From the NCBI GenBank assembly GCA_947501605.1, contig CANMWZ010000007.1:61921-125920 (forward strand): a stretch of 64,000 nucleotides of DNA, in the 5' to 3' direction. Both the position numbers and the translations under genes were made by a program. The stretch comes from Planctomycetota bacterium (GTDB lineage: Bacteria; Planctomycetota; UBA1135; UBA2386). Shown in pieces: positions 9,735-19,694 of this stretch (within the stretch, counting starts at the first letter, position 1; each line of letters opens with the position of its first letter). The notes under the pieces were generated by a model. That model saw only the letters and a list, made by a program, of their open reading frames with translations, was not told the origin of the DNA and made no database searches.

Positions 9735-10868
9735 ATGCTGAAGATGACTCTCGTTGTGTCCGCGATCCTCACGTCGTGCACGTTTGCCTCGGCGCAAGTA
9801 CTCGTCGCCATCGATAGCGGTCGTGCAATCTCGCGCATCGATCCGATCACGGGTGCGAAGACCGTGTTCAAGAATGCGACTGCGAACGCGGGCACTACTG
9901 CGGGTCTCGCCGTCGATCTTGCGACCAACGTCCTCTACCTGGCGTCCTCGAGTACCGACTCGCTCTACACGCTCGACGTCAACACCGGCAACGCAACCTT
10001 GGTCGGCCCATTTGGTGACGCCACGATCGTCATGCACGGACTCGAGATCGACGCCAGCACGGGCACGCTCTACGGGGCCTCGGGCGGTGGTAGCAACTTC
10101 AACCTCTACACGATCAGCAAAGTCACCGGCGCGGCGACGCTGGTCGGTCCGCTCGGCCTGTCGAGCTTCACCAACCTCTGCTACGACCTCACCTCCAACA
10201 CGATGTATGCGACCAACAGCAACACCGACAGTTGGTACATGGTCAACCTCGCGACTGGGGCTGCGACACTGATTGGTCCTTTGAGTGGCCCGACCAATCC
10301 AAACGGGCTCGCCTACGATCTGGCGTCGAACACGATCTACCTCGTCGACAACAACACCGACAGCCTCTACACGGTCAACCGCGCGACTGGCAGCGCCACT
10401 CTCGTCGGCCCAACCGGCGCCGGCAACTTGCTCGGCCTCGTATCGATGCCGCACACCGGCACCTACTCGGTCTTTGGCAGCGGCTGCGCTGGTACCTTGG
10501 GTGTCCCCGTCAATCTCGGGGTCGTGCCGCCGGCTGCTGGCGAGACCATGGTGGCGAACTTCGGCAACCTGCCGTTCGACATCGCGGTGGTGATGCTGGG
10601 CTTCAGCAACACCACAGCGACCGGCTTTGGCCCGCTGCCGATCGACCTCGGCGTCCTTGGTGCGCCCGGGTGCTCTGGCCGCGTCAGTCCGGACCAGTCG
10701 TTCTTCGTCGTCGGTACGGCGGGCACCGCGGCATTCGTGCTGCCGATTCCCAATGATCCAGCGGTCTTCGTTGGCGTCGACTTCTACACGCAGGCGCTGG
10801 TGTTCGATTCGGTCAACGCCTTTGGTTTCACCCTATCGGACGCCGCGGGCGCGCGAATCGGAATCTGA
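9735..10868 (+). CDS. Secreted beta-propeller repeat protein with C-terminal beta-rich domain
   Basis: GAGG RBS and signal peptide (MLKMTLVV...ASAQ). About five repeats of LY.(V/I)..TG.ATL(V/I)GP, then a C-terminal domain starting YSVFGSGC. Confidence 0.8.
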   Translation: MLKMTLVVSAILTSCTFASAQVLVAIDSGRAISRIDPITGAKTVFKNATANAGTTAGLAVDLATNVLYLASSSTDSLYTLDVNTGNATLVGPFGDATIVMHGLEIDASTGTLYGASGGGSNFNLYTISKVTGAATLVGPLGLSSFTNLCYDLTSNTMYATNSNTDSWYMVNLATGAATLIGPLSGPTNPNGLAYDLASNTIYLVDNNTDSLYTVNRATGSATLVGPTGAGNLLGLVSMPHTGTYSVFGSGCAGTLGVPVNLGVVPPAAGETMVANFGNLPFDIAVVMLGFSNTTATGFGPLPIDLGVLGAPGCSGRVSPDQSFFVVGTAGTAAFVLPIPNDPAVFVGVDFYTQALVFDSVNAFGFTLSDAAGARIGI

Positions 10869-10881
10869 ACAGCGGGCGGAG

Positions 10882-11955
10882 CTACTGGCCAGCGTTGGCG
10901 GTCGTGGCGAAGAAGGCTCCGGCCATGCCTTCGAGTCCGTCGGCGACGAGGTGGGCGAGGCGCGGATCGAAGTGCTTGCCGGCCTCTTGCCGAAACAGTG
11001 CGACGATCTTCTCGACCGGCCACGCGGGCTTGTACGAACGCTGCTCGGCGAGCGCGTCGTAGACCTCGGCCAGGATCAGGATGCGGCCGGGCAACTCGAC
11101 GTCTTCGCCCGCGAGTCCCTCGGGGTAGCCCTTGCCGTCCCAGCGCTCGTGATGCTGGTAGACCCAGGTGCGCACCTTCTTGTGCTCTTGCAACGGCGCC
11201 AGGATCTCGAAGCCCATCTGCGGGTGGCGCTGGATGACCTCGCGTTCGTCCTGGGTCAGAGCGCCGGGCTTGCAGAGGATTGCGTCCGGGATGCCGATCT
11301 TGCCGACATCGTGCAACAACGCGGCGAGGCGCAGTTCGCGGCGGTCGAGCTCGCTGACCGAGCAGCGCTGCGCGAGCACGTCCGCGTAGTTGACGACGCG
11401 CTCGGCGTGGCCGCTGGTCGTCGGGTCCTTGGCTTCGATGGCGCGGGGAAGCACCGAGGCGAGTACGCGGTTCTGGGCTTCCAGTTCTTCGTTGCGTGTC
11501 CGTAGTACGTGGTCGCGGACCGTGCGTCGGCAGGTGTTGACCAACAGGGCTGGGTCGACTGGCTTGGCGACGATTTCCGCGACCCGGCTCTTCAGCGCCT
11601 CGGCAGCGCCAGTGAAGGTCGGTCGACCAGTCAGCAGGATCACCGGTACTCGCGGCGTGCACTGGCTTGCGAGTTCCGCCAGCCGGTAGGCGAGATCGGA
11701 GCCGAGGTAGAGGTCGCTCAGCACCAGGTCGAACTGGCTCTGCATCAGCGTTGCCATGCCCTCCTGGAGGCTGCTGCGGGCTTCGACCTGGTAGCCGGCG
11801 CGCTCGAGGGTGACGCCGAGGAATGCCAGCACCGAGGGTTCGTCGTCGACCACCAGAACCCGCGGTCGCCGTTGCAGGGTGGCGTTGAGACTCGGTTCGG
11901 GCGGCACCTCCGCGGGGGTGCCGGAACGCGGCGCACTAGGAGGGACTCGTTGCAT
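10882..11955 (-). CDS. Response regulator with HD-GYP c-di-GMP phosphodiesterase domain
   Basis: REC domain (VLVVDDE, DLVLSD, KP) plus HD-GYP domain (GHAERV, LHDVGKIG, HHERWDGKGYP, DAL...R.YK). Start uncertain, up to 12048. Confidence 0.92.
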   Translation of the reverse strand: MQRVPPSAPRSGTPAEVPPEPSLNATLQRRPRVLVVDDEPSVLAFLGVTLERAGYQVEARSSLQEGMATLMQSQFDLVLSDLYLGSDLAYRLAELASQCTPRVPVILLTGRPTFTGAAEALKSRVAEIVAKPVDPALLVNTCRRTVRDHVLRTRNEELEAQNRVLASVLPRAIEAKDPTTSGHAERVVNYADVLAQRCSVSELDRRELRLAALLHDVGKIGIPDAILCKPGALTQDEREVIQRHPQMGFEILAPLQEHKKVRTWVYQHHERWDGKGYPEGLAGEDVELPGRILILAEVYDALAEQRSYKPAWPVEKIVALFRQEAGKHFDPRLAHLVADGLEGMAGAFFATTANAGQ

Positions 11956-12138
11956 GGGGGATTCGCTTTGCGTCGAACGGGGAGACGAAACCGCCATGCG
12001 CCCAGCCGAGCCACTGTTTTCCCCAGTATTCCACAACTCATTGCCCAATGTCCTCCAGAGATTTAGGGTGGCAGTCTTGATTCTCTTCCACAGCCCTGCT
12101 CAGTGCTCCGTCCCGCCGCCCGTGGGCGACTCCGCCGT

Positions 12139-13110
12139 ATGACTTCGCTGATCCGCAATGTGACTGTGGCCGACCAGGGCCTTCGCCTCGACCAGTTCCT
12201 CGCCCGCCAGCCGGAGGTCAAGTCGCGGTCGCGCGCCAAGGACCTGCTCGACGCCGGCAAGGTGGAGGTCAAAGGCCAGAGGGTGCGCGCCGGGCTCGAA
12301 CTGCAGGCCGGGCTCGTCGTGCATTTCGACCCCAGCGGATTGCCATCGCTCGACCGGTTTGCCGGCGGCGGCGACATCCCGCCGCCGGTGTTGTCCGTGC
12401 TGCATGTCGATGACTGGATCGTGGTCATCGACAAGCCTGCGGGTCTCGTCAGTCATCCGCCCGAAGGCCGGTCGTTTGCCGGTCACTCGGTCGCCAGTGC
12501 GGCGCAGGCGCAGTTTGGCGTGATGCCGAGCCTTGGCGGCGAGGATCGACCTGGCGTGGTGCACCGCCTCGACCGGGAGACCTCCGGTGTGATGCTGCTG
12601 GCCCGGACCGAGGCTTCCTTCCACGCGCTGCGCGAACAGTGGCAGGCGCGTGCCGTCGAAAAGGAGTATCGCTGCATCAGCTTTGGCGCGAGTCGCTTCG
12701 ATACCGACTGGATCGAGCGCCAGATCGCCACGGACCCGCGCCATCCGGAGCGCATGACGGTCGTCGAGACCGGCGGCCGAGAGTCCTCGACCTACTACGA
12801 AACCGTCGAGCGCTTCGCGGACTTCACGCACTTCCGCTGTTTGCCGAAGACGGGTCGAACGCATCAGATTCGCGTGCACATGACGTCGATCGGGCATTCG
12901 CTCGTCGGCGATCGCACCTACCGCAGTCGTCGTGCGCAGCAAGAGAAGTGGCCCGAGACGGCGCCGCTCATGGAACGCCACGCGCTCCATGCAATCCGAT
13001 TGCGCATCGAGCACCCGGGGACCGGCGTCGCGATGGAGTTCGCAGCGCCGATGCCTGCCGACATGCAAACGGCGCTCGCGTGGTTGCGGCAGAACAACAA
13101 GCCGAAGTGA
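12139..13110 (+). CDS. rluD: RluA-family 23S rRNA pseudouridine synthase with S4 domain (RluD-like)
   Basis: S4-like RLDQFL...SRS; DKPAGL, HRLDRETSG, TGRTHQIRVH and ALHA motifs. Confidence 0.88.
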   Translation: MTSLIRNVTVADQGLRLDQFLARQPEVKSRSRAKDLLDAGKVEVKGQRVRAGLELQAGLVVHFDPSGLPSLDRFAGGGDIPPPVLSVLHVDDWIVVIDKPAGLVSHPPEGRSFAGHSVASAAQAQFGVMPSLGGEDRPGVVHRLDRETSGVMLLARTEASFHALREQWQARAVEKEYRCISFGASRFDTDWIERQIATDPRHPERMTVVETGGRESSTYYETVERFADFTHFRCLPKTGRTHQIRVHMTSIGHSLVGDRTYRSRRAQQEKWPETAPLMERHALHAIRLRIEHPGTGVAMEFAAPMPADMQTALAWLRQNNKPK

Positions 13111-13203
13111 GCGCGCGAGCAGGCGCAGCGGGTCGTGGATGCCCGACGATTGCCAAACGGCGAGCGCCGCGGTTCGCTTGCACCTTCGAATGAAGGGACT
13201 CGC

Positions 13204-16200
13204 ATGAACCGCCCCCTCGCACGCTGCCTTGGCTTCGCGTTGGCCAGCACTGTTGCTCTCACGGCCCAGTTGCCGCCCGGTGTGGCGCCGCCCAGCGCCG
13301 CCGATGCGCTCGACGCCACCCCGACGAAAGGCGGACCAGCCGACACGCGGTGGCGGATGGGGCAGGAGGCCCTCGCGCGCGGCGATCGCGCCGCGGCGAT
13401 CACGCACCTGTTGTCGGCGCTGTCGTTCCATCCGGCCTCCGCGCCTGTGCTGCTCGATCTTGTGCGTGCTGCCGAGGGCGACGACGCGCGGGGCTACTGG
13501 TTGAAGATGTGGGCTGCAGCCGCCACCGACGTGCGCGGGCACGCCGAACTGGAGGCCGCAGCCAAGAAGGGTCTGCCGGCGAGCCAACTCGTGCCGCTGC
13601 AGAAGCTGGCGATGCTGCGCATGCAGGCGGCCACCGAGTTGGTCAAGGCGCTGGATCGCTACAGATCAGGTGGCAAAGGCGCGCTCGGCAACGGCGTTGC
13701 TGCAAGGTGGTGTGCCACGCTGTTCGTCGAACTGACGACGCAATCCCCAGCGCTGCTGCGCGCGCACGGTGAGATGGTGACGAAGGCGCTTGCGAGCCAC
13801 GGCCCCGACGTCGATGGGGTCTGTCGCGCCCTGCTCCAGGTAGCCGAGGGTTCGTTCGGGAGCGGTGCTGCGACCGCGGGCGATCCGGCAGCGGCGGCAT
13901 TGCAGCGCAGCGATTTGCAGCTCCGCGCCGCGCGCATCTTGCAAGGGCTCGCGCGCCAGGCTGGTTATGGCAAGGACCTCTACGGCGATGCGCCTCCTGA
14001 CCTCGCGAGCACTGCGCAGGCCGCCGCGGCGGCGCGCGATGCTGCAGCAAAGGCGCTGCCGCTGCCGCGGGTTTGGACCATCGAGGAGTTGGCCGCTCTC
14101 GATGCTGCTGGGCGCGCCGAGTTCACGCTGGCCCATCGGAGTTGGGCAAGCCCTGGTGTGGCGCTGAGTCGGACCGGCAGGTACCGCATCGAGACGACCT
14201 GTGGCGCCGAGACGCTGCTCGGTACTGCGCAGCAGGTCGAACTGCACCACGAACGGCTGGCGGTGCACTACGGCAAGGACCCGTTCGGCGATCGCCAAGG
14301 CACCGTGGTGATCGTGCCCGAAGTGTTCGACATGGAGATCGAGGGGATGCCGTTCTGGTGGGCCGGCGGGTTCCAAGGCGGGGATCGCACTGTGATCCGC
14401 TTCGCCTGGGGTCGCTTGCCCGATCTCGGCCGCACGCTGACGCACGAACTCACCCATCGGTTCGATTCCGTTCTGCGCCCCTTCCAGCGCGCTTGGTACG
14501 GCGAAGGTCACGCGAGCTGGACGGGCGCGCACTACGGCAAGATGGCGGAGACGGACTTCACCGAGGATCATCTCGACCTTGGTGCGTGCCTGAGCACGTA
14601 CTCCGCGGGCTACGGCGCCAAGGAGAAGTTCGAGCAGTTGGTGCGCGGCGAACTCGCCGAGTACCGCGACAACTACTTCGCTGGCTACACCCTCTACGCG
14701 TTCTTGCGCGGTTACCCGCCGGACCAGAAGCCCAAGTACCGGCCAGCGCTCGAGGCCTTGGAGAAGAACGCCCGCGCCGGCCAGAAGGACCCGCTGGGCT
14801 ACTTCGTCGCGACCGTTTGCGACGGCAAGGACGGACGCGCCGTGGACCTCGACGCGTTCCTGGTCGAATGGAACTCGTTGCTGGCCGACATCGCTGCGCA
14901 TCTCGACCCGGAGCGGCGTGGACCGAAGAGCGACTGGGTGGCGAAGTACGGACCGCGAGCGCCGGGCGACACGGCGCCGCTCGTGCTCGACGAGAACACG
15001 TGGTCCTGGGCGCGCTCGCGCGCCGAGCCGTTCTTCGGTCAAGGCCACGCGGGCGCTGCCGGCGACGTGCTGTTCGCCGCCGGCCATGTGCAAGCGGCCG
15101 GCGCTGCCTGGCTGTGGTCGCTGTCGTGTGAAGGTTGGAACGCGGATCGGGCGCAGAAGGCGGTTCGCGCGCTGCTGTCGTCGTCGCGCCCCGAGCAGGC
15201 GGCGGCCCTGCAGGAACTCGCGCACGCACGATTCCCTTTGGTCGTGCAGTCATGGGGTGAAACGCGCGGCGGTGAACCAATGCCGATGGTCGCCAAGTTG
15301 CCGAAGACGAGGGCGTACCTCGACGCCTTGAAGGCAACGGCGATGGCACTCGACGAACCGCTGGCCGTTCTGCGCGCGTCGTTGCTCGCCGAGCATCAGC
15401 GGCTCGCGGCGTTGTGCGGCGAGGTCGTGTCGGGTGAGCCATCGGCCCTGCCGCCGCCGCCGTTTCCGCGCTCGCTGCTCGGCTTCGGCATCGTCGATGA
15501 CCTGCATGTCGACTACGACAAGGACCGGCATCAGGGCCTGTGGTTTGCGACCTCCGAAGGCGATCTGCACGTCGGCCGCGAGTTGGTGGCCTCGACCACA
15601 GGGCTCGAGCGCGCCGCGCCCAGTCGCAACGTGTTCGTGCGGACCGTCGAGTGGTTTCCGCCAGGTGAGCACGTGATCAAGTTGCGCGTGCACCTGACCA
15701 CCAGCTACGTCGATGGCGCCATCATCGTCGGCCACTGGCGCCGCGATCGTGGCATTCGCATCGGCTTCTCGGCCGGCGATCCGGAGTTCGCTTCGGGCCG
15801 CAAGAAGACGAGCATCGAGTGCGATCGCGTCTCCTTGCAGCTCGACGGCAAGTGGGAGCGCGACGGCCAGCTGCCGCGAACGACTGCGGTGCCGACGGTG
15901 GAGTTTGGCAGCCCGAAGCCGTCGTTCGAGATCGAACTGCGCCTGCGCGGACCCTCGTTGACGGTCGCGGTCGAAGGGCAGCATCAGTTTCGCTACACGA
16001 CACACGACGGCGCGCCGATCGAGGGCTACCTCGGGTTTGCCACCAGTCGCGGTGCGTTCCGCGTGCAGTCGCCGACGGTGCAGCGGCTCGATCTCGCGCA
16101 GCCAGGACAAGCGGTGGCCGCGACCGCAGCGATCGGCCTCGACATCAGTGCTCCGAGTGCGTTGGCCGTCGGGGATTTGGTGGGACTGCGCGTGAAGGGC

Positions 16201-16581
16201 ATTCCAACCGGCCCGGTTGGAACGCTGGTGCTGTGGCTGCCGCCGGTCGAGGCGGGCGATGAGCTCTCGCGCCGGTTGCCGCGCGCCCTGTTGGTGCTCG
16301 CCCGCCTGCTGCAAGACCAGGTCGAGTTCCCGCAGCCGTGGGTGCTGGCGGTGCCCAAGGGCAGCACCGACAGCGACGTCGCGACGGTGCATGCCGCGTT
16401 GAAGGAGTTCCGCAGCGCGCCCATGGAACGGGTGGAGCACGCCGTCGTGTCGCCGCTGCAAGGCAGCCCGTGGCTGCTGTTCGTCGACGGCAACGGCGTG
16501 CTGCGCGGCGCCAATCAGGTCGGCGATGCCGAGCTGTTCTCGGTCGTGCAGCGGTGGGCACGCATGTTCCGCGCCCGGTGA
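13204..16581 (+). CDS. Large secreted protein with HExxH zinc-metallopeptidase-like domain
   Basis: Signal peptide (...ALTAQ) and THELTH...W.GEG.A gluzincin-like motif. Coding-like codon usage throughout. Confidence 0.75.
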   Translation: MNRPLARCLGFALASTVALTAQLPPGVAPPSAADALDATPTKGGPADTRWRMGQEALARGDRAAAITHLLSALSFHPASAPVLLDLVRAAEGDDARGYWLKMWAAAATDVRGHAELEAAAKKGLPASQLVPLQKLAMLRMQAATELVKALDRYRSGGKGALGNGVAARWCATLFVELTTQSPALLRAHGEMVTKALASHGPDVDGVCRALLQVAEGSFGSGAATAGDPAAAALQRSDLQLRAARILQGLARQAGYGKDLYGDAPPDLASTAQAAAAARDAAAKALPLPRVWTIEELAALDAAGRAEFTLAHRSWASPGVALSRTGRYRIETTCGAETLLGTAQQVELHHERLAVHYGKDPFGDRQGTVVIVPEVFDMEIEGMPFWWAGGFQGGDRTVIRFAWGRLPDLGRTLTHELTHRFDSVLRPFQRAWYGEGHASWTGAHYGKMAETDFTEDHLDLGACLSTYSAGYGAKEKFEQLVRGELAEYRDNYFAGYTLYAFLRGYPPDQKPKYRPALEALEKNARAGQKDPLGYFVATVCDGKDGRAVDLDAFLVEWNSLLADIAAHLDPERRGPKSDWVAKYGPRAPGDTAPLVLDENTWSWARSRAEPFFGQGHAGAAGDVLFAAGHVQAAGAAWLWSLSCEGWNADRAQKAVRALLSSSRPEQAAALQELAHARFPLVVQSWGETRGGEPMPMVAKLPKTRAYLDALKATAMALDEPLAVLRASLLAEHQRLAALCGEVVSGEPSALPPPPFPRSLLGFGIVDDLHVDYDKDRHQGLWFATSEGDLHVGRELVASTTGLERAAPSRNVFVRTVEWFPPGEHVIKLRVHLTTSYVDGAIIVGHWRRDRGIRIGFSAGDPEFASGRKKTSIECDRVSLQLDGKWERDGQLPRTTAVPTVEFGSPKPSFEIELRLRGPSLTVAVEGQHQFRYTTHDGAPIEGYLGFATSRGAFRVQSPTVQRLDLAQPGQAVAATAAIGLDISAPSALAVGDLVGLRVKGIPTGPVGTLVLWLPPVEAGDELSRRLPRALLVLARLLQDQVEFPQPWVLAVPKGSTDSDVATVHAALKEFRSAPMERVEHAVVSPLQGSPWLLFVDGNGVLRGANQVGDAELFSVVQRWARMFRAR

Positions 16582-16641
16582 TGGCGGGAGTCTGCGAGCA
16601 GAGTCTGGCACGAGACGGTGCCTTCGCCCAACATCTGCCAC

Positions 16642-18738
16642 ATGCAGAGCCGTTACGACGATCGCGAGGCTCGTAAGTTTGTGCAGCGCTACGCGGCTCA
16701 CGGCGAGGACCTCGCCTTGCGCGTCTATACCTCGCGACTCATCGGTCGCGACCAGGACCTCGTGTTGCACGGTGGTGGCAACACGTCGGTCAAGACGACG
16801 CAGAAGGATGCGCTCGGCGCCGCGGTTCGCTGCTTGTGCGTCAAGGGCAGTGGCGCTGACCTGGTCGCCGTCGAGCCGCATGGGTTGCCCGCGCTCGAAC
16901 TGGAGCCACTGCTGTCGCTGCGCGCGCTGCCGTCGATGACCGACGATGTGATGGTCAACGAGTTGCGCCGGCGATTGCTCGACGTGAACGCACCCAATCC
17001 GTCGGTCGAGACGCTGCTGCATGCGTTCTTGCCGCAGCGCTTCGTCGACCACACGCACGCCGATGCCATCCTGCTGCTGACGAACCAGCCAGATGGGCAA
17101 GCGCTGGTGCGAGAGGCGCTGGGCGAGCAGGTCGCCATTCTGCCGTACATCATGCCGGGCTTTCCGTTGGCGAAGGCGGTTGCCGACGCATTCGAACGCC
17201 AGCCTGACTGCGTCGGCATCGTCTTGTTGCACCACGGCATCTTCACCTTTGGCGATACGGCAAAGCAGAGTTACGAGCGCATGATCGCGCTGGTTTCGGC
17301 CGCCGAGCGCTTCGCCACGCAGCGCATCGGCGCCGTGCCGGCCATGCTGCGCTCCGAGCCGGCGCCACTCCGTGCCGCCGAACGGCAGACTGCGCTGCGC
17401 GAGTTGCTACCGCGTCTGCGCCACGTGCTGCCGATGGACGCGCGACCGAGCGAAGCGCGATTGCGCGTTGTCGCCAGCGTGCGCTGCGGCGACGACATGG
17501 CGTCGTTCTCGGCTCATCCGGCGGCGCGCGAACTGTGCGCAACCGGGCCGATCACGCCAGATCACGTGATCCGCACGAAGGGCCGCTACCTGTTCCTCGA
17601 TCGCGATGCACAGCGCGACCCGGCCCGACTGCAAGACGCGCTGTTGGACTACGTCTGTTGGTACACGAGTTACTTTGAGTCGGCAGCGCACCCGCTCGGA
17701 CGCACGGTGATGTTGCACCCGATGCCGCCGGTCGTCGTGGTCGAGGGTTGCGGCGTGATCGGCATGGCCCCCTTGCTCCGCTCGGCGCAGATTGCCGCCG
17801 ACATTGCCGAGCACACGCTGAAGGTGTGGGCCCAAGGCCACGCACTCGGGCGCTACGTGCCGCTGTCGCCGCGCGAATTGGCCGAGATGGAGTACTGGCC
17901 GCTCGAACTGGCAAAGCTCGGCAAGCAGAAGGCGCCATCGCTGGCTGGTCAGGTGGCGGTGGTGACCGGCGCCGCGGGCGCAATCGGTTGCGCAGTCACT
18001 GGCGCGCTGCTGCATCAAGGTGCCTGCGTGGTCATGACGGATCGCGACCATGACCGGCTGCAGAAGGCCAGAGAGCGGCACGTGGCATACGACGCGCAGA
18101 TCCGGACCGTCGCGGCGGACCTCGCCGAGCCAAGTGCAGTGACGGCGCTGTTCGACGCCGCCGTGCTCGCGTTTGGCGGCGTCGATACCGTCGCCGTGTG
18201 TCACGGCATTGCCTCGGTCGCGAGATTGGTGGACCTCGCGCCCGAACGCTTCGAGCAGTTGCTGTCGGCCAACGTCACGTCGACGTTGCACGTGCTCGCC
18301 GAATCCGCGCGCGTGCTGAAGGCGCAAGGCACCGGTGGCAACATCGTGCTCCAAGTCAGCAAGAACGCATTCGCGCCGGGCGCCGGCTTCGGCGGCTATT
18401 CCGCCAGCAAGGCCGCGGCGTTGCAGCTCGGTCGCATTGCTGCGCTCGAGTACGCCGAGTTCGGAGTTCGCGTCAACATGATCAACGCCGACGCGGTGTT
18501 TGGCGACGGCGAGGTGCCGAGTCAGCTCTGGGCCGAGATCGGTCCCGATCGCATGAAGGCGCGCGGACTCGACGCCGACGGCCTGCGGGCGTTCTATCGC
18601 GATCGCAGCCTGTTGAAGCGCACCGTCACGCCGCAGGATGTTGCCGATGCCGTGATCTGGCTCGCGAGCAACGCGCATGCGACCACGGGCGCCGTGATTC
18701 CCGTCGACTCTGGCATTGCCGAGGCCTTCCCGCGATGA
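16642..18738 (+). CDS. Bifunctional class II aldolase / short-chain dehydrogenase (rhamnulose-1-P aldolase-SDR type)
   Basis: Aldolase motifs LVLHGGGNTSVK, PSVETLLH, VDHTH and TPDH. EYWPLELAKL linker. SDR motifs TGAAGAIG and YSASK. Confidence 0.9.
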   Translation: MQSRYDDREARKFVQRYAAHGEDLALRVYTSRLIGRDQDLVLHGGGNTSVKTTQKDALGAAVRCLCVKGSGADLVAVEPHGLPALELEPLLSLRALPSMTDDVMVNELRRRLLDVNAPNPSVETLLHAFLPQRFVDHTHADAILLLTNQPDGQALVREALGEQVAILPYIMPGFPLAKAVADAFERQPDCVGIVLLHHGIFTFGDTAKQSYERMIALVSAAERFATQRIGAVPAMLRSEPAPLRAAERQTALRELLPRLRHVLPMDARPSEARLRVVASVRCGDDMASFSAHPAARELCATGPITPDHVIRTKGRYLFLDRDAQRDPARLQDALLDYVCWYTSYFESAAHPLGRTVMLHPMPPVVVVEGCGVIGMAPLLRSAQIAADIAEHTLKVWAQGHALGRYVPLSPRELAEMEYWPLELAKLGKQKAPSLAGQVAVVTGAAGAIGCAVTGALLHQGACVVMTDRDHDRLQKARERHVAYDAQIRTVAADLAEPSAVTALFDAAVLAFGGVDTVAVCHGIASVARLVDLAPERFEQLLSANVTSTLHVLAESARVLKAQGTGGNIVLQVSKNAFAPGAGFGGYSASKAAALQLGRIAALEYAEFGVRVNMINADAVFGDGEVPSQLWAEIGPDRMKARGLDADGLRAFYRDRSLLKRTVTPQDVADAVIWLASNAHATTGAVIPVDSGIAEAFPR

Positions 18739-19694
18739 GTGACTCTGGGCTTGCGATCGAACTGCGAGCGTTGCGAAAGGTCTACCAGAAGAAGCAGCAG
18801 ACCACGGTCGCGGTCGACGGCCTCGATCTCGACGTGCGCCGCGGTGAGGTCTTCGGCTTGCTCGGGCCCAATGGGGCCGGCAAGACCACGACCGTTGAGA
18901 TTTGCGAGGGGCTCAGTCGGCAGACCAGTGGCGAGGTGCGGATCCTCGGTCGCACTTGGGGTTCGGGCAGCGACCTTGCCATCCGCGCGCGCATCGGGGT
19001 TTGCCTGCAGGAGACCAAGTTCTTCGACAAGCAGACCGTTCGCGAGACGCTCCAACTATTCGCTGCGTGCTACGGTCGCGGCCGCTCGGTCGATGCCGCT
19101 TTGGAGTCGGTGTCGCTGGCGGAGAAGGCCTCGTCGCGCCAGTCGCAACTGAGCGGCGGGCAACGCCAACGCCTAGCCGTTGCGACGGCCTTGCTTGGCC
19201 AACCCGAACTGCTGTTCCTCGACGAGCCGACCACCGGTCTCGATCCGCAGTCGCGCCGGCAACTCTGGGAGATCGTGCGGTCGTTCCAACGCCAGGGCGG
19301 CACCGTGCTGCTGACCACGCACTACATGGAAGAGGCCGAGCAGTTGTGCACCCGCATCGGCGTCGTCGACCGCGGCAAGTCGATCGCTCTCGGCACCCCA
19401 CAGGAGTTGATCCGTTCGCTCGGCGCCGAGCACGTGGTCGAACTGGAAGCCAAGGACTTGGCTGGCATCAAGGACACCGAGCTTGGCGCGCTGCCGTCGG
19501 TGCAGTCGTGCGAGCGCAGCGGCGACAAGGTCGCGTTGAAAGTGCAAAGCGTGCACCTCGCGGTGCCGCCGCTGCTGGAATTGCTGCGCGCGCGGGGCAA
19601 GGCGCTCGACGGCCTGTCCACGCGCCATGCGACGCTCGAAGACGTGTTCGTTCACCTGACCGGCCGGCAGCTGCGCGAGGAGGCCAGTTCATGA
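18735..19694 (+). CDS. ABC transporter ATP-binding protein (ABC-2/DrrA-like)
   Basis: GPNGAGKT, LSGGQ, LFLDEPTTGLD and TTHYMEEAE motifs. ATGA overlap. Confidence 0.95.
   Translation: MSDSGLAIELRALRKVYQKKQQTTVAVDGLDLDVRRGEVFGLLGPNGAGKTTTVEICEGLSRQTSGEVRILGRTWGSGSDLAIRARIGVCLQETKFFDKQTVRETLQLFAACYGRGRSVDAALESVSLAEKASSRQSQLSGGQRQRLAVATALLGQPELLFLDEPTTGLDPQSRRQLWEIVRSFQRQGGTVLLTTHYMEEAEQLCTRIGVVDRGKSIALGTPQELIRSLGAEHVVELEAKDLAGIKDTELGALPSVQSCERSGDKVALKVQSVHLAVPPLLELLRARGKALDGLSTRHATLEDVFVHLTGRQLREEASS

Noticed and set aside
9960..10420. Periodic nucleotide similarity in the propeller gene
   Set aside because: Explained by protein-level blade repeats, not a DNA repeat array.
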